Position numbers and translations under genes: made by a program | From: Limnothrix sp. BL-A-16 | GTDB lineage: Bacteria; Cyanobacteriota; Cyanobacteriia; CACIAM-69d | Assembly (NCBI GenBank): GCA_041937175.2 | Contig: CP166615.1 | Location: 736,001 to 800,000, forward strand | DNA length: 64,000 nucleotides | Reading direction: 5' to 3' | In this document: piece after piece, positions 59,137-64,000 of the stretch | How positions within the stretch are numbered: the first letter of the stretch is position 1 | Layout: each line of letters begins with the position of its first letter | Notes under the pieces: generated by a model | What the model saw: the letters and a program-made list of their open reading frames with translations, nothing else | The model's database searches: none | Told to the model about the DNA's origin: nothing

Positions 59137-61974
59137 TTAGGAGCTATCTTTGGAGTTGAGAGACTGATGAATTAGTTGTTGAATAAATACTTCTATCTTC
59201 TCTGATTGAAATTGTTTAGCTAAATGATTAATATGGTTAACAAATGGTTGATATCGCTGCTCTTGCTCAGCAATTTTGGTTGTCAATTGAGTTAATTTTT
59301 TGAAACGTCCTTCTTGAACTAACTCTAAAAGTAATTGTAAATCCTTAATATCTGGAGTCTCAAAGAAAGGAAGCTTAGAAGATGTTGGGCTAGATTCTTT
59401 AGCGGCCGCTTCTTCCTTTTGACTATTATTCCAAGTTAATTCTAGATATTTGGTGAGAATATCAAATAACTCTTGACTATGCACAGGTTTCGCTAAAAAG
59501 TCATCCCCGCCTGCATCAATACTCATTTGCTGATCTGCTTGGGAGACGGAAGCTGAGGATACGATAAGTTTCAAGTGTTTCAAGTCTTCCGCTTGTCGTA
59601 CTTGCTTTAGCATGGCAAAGCCATCCATCACGGGCATCGCTAGATCAGTAATTACAAGGTCTGGATATAGCTGTCGCATCTTTTCTAAGCCATCTTGACC
59701 ATGCTCCGCTTCAGCAACAATAAATCCCAGAGGCTCCAAAAGATTAACAATTACCGACCGATTTTCCCAACAGTCATCTACGATCAGAATACGCTTCCTA
59801 TCTCCTTCATAGCCAGTAATATTTTCCCCCCTGCTCTGAAATCGTATCCAATCATCATGTAAGGGTAGGGCTACTTCAAAGAAAAATTCACTGCCAACTC
59901 CTAGCTGACTATTTACCTGAATTTCTCCTCCCATAAGTTGAACAATTTGCTGACTAATAGCAAGCCCTAGCCCCGTACCTTCCGACTGTCGGCTTTTATC
60001 TCCCACCTGCTCAAAAGCTCGGAAGAGTTTTTGCACATCCGCTGTCGCAATACCTACCCCTGTATCAATGACAGCAAAGCGTAAATGAGCAAGTTCTTTA
60101 GTCGTTAGCTGATAATTAACTCGAAAAGTGATCCCACCTCGATCGGTAAATTTAATGGCATTACTCAATAAATTAATTAATACTTGACGAAGACGCTTTT
60201 CATCAACAATTACCCCGTTGGGTAAGTTGACATCAGGTTCGTAGTGAAAGCTAATATTTTTCTGTTGCGCCCGAATTTGAGAAATTTCTACCACCCCTTG
60301 AAGAAGAGCAGGTAAATGCACAGCTTTGGGAGCAAGTTCCAATTTACGAGCTTCAATTTTAGAGATATCCAAAATGTCATTAATTAGGGTGAGTAAATGA
60401 GAGCCACACTGATGAATAATATTAACTCCGTGGCGCTCCTTTTCAGGAATAGCCTTGGAGCGACCTAAAATTTGAGCATAGCCGAGAATACCATTAAGGG
60501 GAGTCCGCAGCTCATGACTCATGTTGGCAAGAAATTCACTTTTAGCCTGATTGGCGTTATCAGCTAATTGTTTAGCTACTTGTAATTCTTTAGTTCGTTC
60601 TGCCACTCGCTGTTCGAGTTCTGCGTTCGCATTTTCCAGAGAGCTAAAAGCCGATTGAAGTTGATGACTCATGGCATTGAAAGTTTGCCCCAATTTGTTA
60701 AGTTCTTGAATATTCTCCAGTTGAATTCGTTGATGAAGGTTGCCTTTGCTAATTTCTTGAGAAGCTTGGTTTAAGCGATCAATGGGACGAAGAATCCAAC
60801 GGGATGTGTAAATACCAGAGGTGACAGCGATTGCCAGAGCCAGAAGACATAGGAAGATGGTGATACGGGTATTTTCATTAATCTGCCCCATAAAATCTGC
60901 TTCGGGGACAATAACGACAATTAACCAATCTAGCCCTCGTCCATCTTGAAAAGGGGTGACTTGAATAAATTGTTGCTCTTTATTAAAAGAAAAATTGGAC
61001 TCTTGGATCGTAGAAATTTCCTGAAATGAAGAGAAGGAACTATTTAAATACTTAGCTGTAGCTTGAATTAGAGGTATTTGACTGTTAGTCGCTTTTAATC
61101 TTTTTGGTTTTTTGTTTTTGTCAAATAAGAAAGGTCTTTCTTTGGTAGAACTAGCAACTATTAAGCCACTACGTTCCATAATAAAAACCTGCCCCGAAGG
61201 ACTGATTTTTAACTCCTGAAGAAACTGGCTGAGGCGCAGAAGGCTAACATCAACCCGCAGCGCGCCAATAAACTTATTTCGATCATCATAGATTGGTTGC
61301 ACCGCAGGAAGGGCAATGTCATGGGGAGGCAACTGCCACACGAAAATATCTGCCCAAGCCAGTTTATTTTCCTTTAGTGCTGTTTTATACCAAGGTCGAG
61401 TTCGAGCATCAAAATTTGGAGTTATCGAAACTAGCTTTTGACGATTTCCTTGAGCATCAATTTCATAGGTAGAATTTCCTCTTGCTACATTATCTACGCT
61501 ACCGACTAAAACATTGGAAGTTCCATTTAAGGAGAACTGTTTGCCCGCCCATACATACTTACCTTCTTGATTTCCGTAGGCAATGATTGTTGCACTATCA
61601 AAGCGTTGAGCTTGTTGCCAAAAATGACGCTCTAAAGATAATAAATCTTGAAAATTAATTTGTTCAAGCCGAGCACTATCAACGTTAATCTGATTGATCA
61701 AAATAGGAGTAGCAATAAAAGATCGAAGATGATCTTGGATTCGATTTGTTACTTCATTTCGTAGCTTGCTTGCAACATCATTAACAGCTTTTTGACCATT
61801 CTGGATTGAGAGATAACTAGTCAAACCTACAGCAGTAAAGATTTGGATGACGAAGGGAGCAACAAGGATCAACCTCAAAGGGATAGATCGACGATGTTGA
61901 ACTCTGGCTGTTTTAGGAACTTCCACTTTTGAAGATTGGTTGGTTAACATAGGAAAATACTTTGCAAGTTTCAA
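59137..61974 (-). CDS. Membrane hybrid sensor kinase (Cache-HAMP-HisKA-HATPase-REC)
   Basis: [11 protein letters not shown] Cache motif, [30 protein letters not shown] with DLAMP. Confidence 0.93.
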   Translation of the reverse strand: MKLAKYFPMLTNQSSKVEVPKTARVQHRRSIPLRLILVAPFVIQIFTAVGLTSYLSIQNGQKAVNDVASKLRNEVTNRIQDHLRSFIATPILINQINVDSARLEQINFQDLLSLERHFWQQAQRFDSATIIAYGNQEGKYVWAGKQFSLNGTSNVLVGSVDNVARGNSTYEIDAQGNRQKLVSITPNFDARTRPWYKTALKENKLAWADIFVWQLPPHDIALPAVQPIYDDRNKFIGALRVDVSLLRLSQFLQELKISPSGQVFIMERSGLIVASSTKERPFLFDKNKKPKRLKATNSQIPLIQATAKYLNSSFSSFQEISTIQESNFSFNKEQQFIQVTPFQDGRGLDWLIVVIVPEADFMGQINENTRITIFLCLLALAIAVTSGIYTSRWILRPIDRLNQASQEISKGNLHQRIQLENIQELNKLGQTFNAMSHQLQSAFSSLENANAELEQRVAERTKELQVAKQLADNANQAKSEFLANMSHELRTPLNGILGYAQILGRSKAIPEKERHGVNIIHQCGSHLLTLINDILDISKIEARKLELAPKAVHLPALLQGVVEISQIRAQQKNISFHYEPDVNLPNGVIVDEKRLRQVLINLLSNAIKFTDRGGITFRVNYQLTTKELAHLRFAVIDTGVGIATADVQKLFRAFEQVGDKSRQSEGTGLGLAISQQIVQLMGGEIQVNSQLGVGSEFFFEVALPLHDDWIRFQSRGENITGYEGDRKRILIVDDCWENRSVIVNLLEPLGFIVAEAEHGQDGLEKMRQLYPDLVITDLAMPVMDGFAMLKQVRQAEDLKHLKLIVSSASVSQADQQMSIDAGGDDFLAKPVHSQELFDILTKYLELTWNNSQKEEAAAKESSPTSSKLPFFETPDIKDLQLLLELVQEGRFKKLTQLTTKIAEQEQRYQPFVNHINHLAKQFQSEKIEVFIQQLIHQSLNSKDSS

Positions 61975-62537
61975 GTAAATGATGTTGTGTAATAATGAAA
62001 TGAATTTTAATTATAATAGTCCGTCATCTTTAATCTGATGCTCAGAGCGTTATCAAGAGTGCTTCTGTCAAAGGCTATTAACAATTTCGGCGTAAGAATT
62101 ATAACTATCAGTATATAAACTTTTTTAAAGAATGAGGGTAAACCCATGAAAAGCGAATATCACCTTGTGAATTTTGCCGAGCGGTAAAAATTTGGCTTGA
62201 TCATAGCCTTGTTTTCTGAGCTTATGGCAAACTGCACAATTGATCTGCTAAATAACTAGTGCTTAACATGACTACCTTAAGACTTCCCAGTGTCTTTACG
62301 ATCGATTCGTTACTGGTGGAGATCATGCAAGACTGTGGCTAATTTCAGAGTAACTCTGAGTTCCTCTGTCTAGTTTAGTGCTTGTTTCTGGAGATATTGA
62401 TTGAGAGACAATCCCTTTTTGTCTTCCATTGCAGGCACATGGCTATTATAAAGCTCTCTCTCGATGATGTAGCAACTCTAAAGCGCTTAATATAGTGCTA
62501 GGTACAGATTTAACCTTGCTTTAACTTATATGCTTTA

Positions 62538-62871
62538 GAGCTGATCTATAGAGCAACTACTCATCATCTAAAGCAGCCAATCTTCTCGCCATCAAATGCA
62601 TTAAGCAGCTATAGATTATTCCTTCACTCGTCTCCGAATACAGCGCATAGTCCTTGCTCAATCGCCGAAATCGGTTCAGCCAGCCCAACGTCCGCTCGAC
62701 AATCCACCGTTTGGGCAGCGTCTCAAACGCTTTACCGATTCGGCTGATGACCTCCATGCGCACAGTCTCACCACACACAAGCTTCGCGGCATCCGCAAAC
62801 TTTTGCCCGGCATACCAAAGTAGTGATAGACCGTGCTGCAAGGCGGTAAATCGTGAGGCAGTATTTCCCAC
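62538..62871 (-). pseudogene. IS5-family (IS1031-like) transposase 3' remnant with probable terminal repeat
   Basis: LPKRWIVERTLGWLNRFRRLSKDY signature; N-terminal part absent; TTA|GAGCTGATCTATA end at 62538. Confidence 0.8.
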
Positions 62872-62883
62872 TGGCAGTTAGCT

Positions 62884-64000
62884 CTAACTCACGGCGGCCA
62901 CAGTTTGCGAGAGGGCTTGGCTGGGAATGTCTTGATGAATCGGAATTTCGATATGAAACGCGGTACCACGCCCCACTTGCGAATCAAACCAGAGCCGACC
63001 TCGATGGGTTTGATGAATGACTTGGTGACTAATTGAAAGCCCCAAACCTGTACCCTTGCCCACGGGTTTTGAAGTCACAAAAGAATTGAAGACCTGCCCC
63101 TGCAAATGTTCAGGAATGCCACTGCCGTTATCAGCGATCGTGATCCGAATCAGTCGTCCTTCACAGAGGCGTGTTTGAATCCGAATAATGCCAGGGTTTT
63201 CCCGAATTTCATCAAACGTCCAACCCAATTGAGATTCTTCGATCGCGTCGATCGCATTGCTCAAAAGGTTCATGAACACCTGATTCAGGGGGCCTAAGCA
63301 GCATTCCACCAAGGGCAAATCCGCATATTCTCGCAACACCTGAATTTCAGGGCGCTCACTCGATGCTTTAATTCGATGGTTCAAAATAATTAGGGTGCTG
63401 TCGAGTCCTTCATGGATATTGGTGACCTGAAAATCGTTGTCATTGGCTCGCGAGAAGGATCGGAGCGATCGCACGATATCTCGTACACGCTCGGATCCCA
63501 ACCGCATCGATCGCACCATTTGGGTCAAATCATCTAACAGAAAATCAGGATCAACTTCCTCTAAAACCTCTTGCAACTCTTCTGGCACTTCGGGAAAGTA
63601 ATGTTGATAGCTGCGAATAATGCGGCCCAAATCCTGAACATAGTGGCCCAGGTGTTCCACATTGCCGGAAATAAAGCTAATGGGATTATTAATTTCGTGG
63701 GCTACCCCTGCCAACATTTGCCCAACCGCCGCCATTTTTTCGCTTTGAATCACCTGAAGTTGGGTATCTTTCAGTTGATTCAGGGTATTTTGCAAAGAGC
63801 TAAGCGAGGTTTCCAATTGCCGATACATGGCTTGGAACGCATCTTGCAAAAGATCAATCTCATCGAGTCCCAGGGTGGGATCAATCGCAATGGCAGACTT
63901 GGTTGCTAAGGCTGCGGAAGGTTCGATCGCCCCCACCGCGCCCGCTCCAGCGCCGGGAAAGGGCGGGGCTGCGCTGGCTAAGGGAACCATAGGGGCGATC
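62884..64000 (-). CDS. Sensor histidine kinase, 5' end beyond the window
   Basis: SEKMAAVG..AGVAHEINNP, LNQVFMNLLSNAIDA, DNGSGI, GKGTGLGL. Confidence 0.9.
   Translation of the reverse strand, partial: IAPMVPLASAAPPFPGAGAGAVGAIEPSAALATKSAIAIDPTLGLDEIDLLQDAFQAMYRQLETSLSSLQNTLNQLKDTQLQVIQSEKMAAVGQMLAGVAHEINNPISFISGNVEHLGHYVQDLGRIIRSYQHYFPEVPEELQEVLEEVDPDFLLDDLTQMVRSMRLGSERVRDIVRSLRSFSRANDNDFQVTNIHEGLDSTLIILNHRIKASSERPEIQVLREYADLPLVECCLGPLNQVFMNLLSNAIDAIEESQLGWTFDEIRENPGIIRIQTRLCEGRLIRITIADNGSGIPEHLQGQVFNSFVTSKPVGKGTGLGLSISHQVIHQTHRGRLWFDSQVGRGTAFHIEIPIHQDIPSQALSQTVAAVS

Overview
64 kb of a cyanobacterial chromosome. The HIP1 octamer GCGATCGC is very dense, and the window carries cpcG/cpcL and ndhD. 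A filamentous, Limnothrix-like organism is my inference and was not checked. Most of the window is housekeeping and conserved cyanobacterial genes (radC, dnaX, trpD, moeA, xseB, ndhD, tsaE, cdsA, NAD kinase, alpha-amylase, Ca/H exchanger), plus tRNA-fMet(CAT) and tRNA-Gly(CCC). Accessory content: (i) a translationally coupled P-loop ATPase + TPR pair with nine near-identical 126-bp repeats that vary at a few fixed positions (NLR/STAND-like candidate system); (ii) a family of ~130-bp MITE-like elements sharing the palindrome CAAGGGGCTTAAGCCCCTTG, including one element inserted into the palindrome centre of another and one internally amplified copy; (iii) a DUF433/PIN toxin-antitoxin pair next to tRNA-Gly; (iv) AT-rich polysaccharide and histidine-kinase blocks; (v) an IS5 remnant. 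The 3' part of dnaX is spread over three reading frames. No CRISPR array, rRNA or integrase was seen. All calls come from reading the sequence and motifs by eye; no searches were run.
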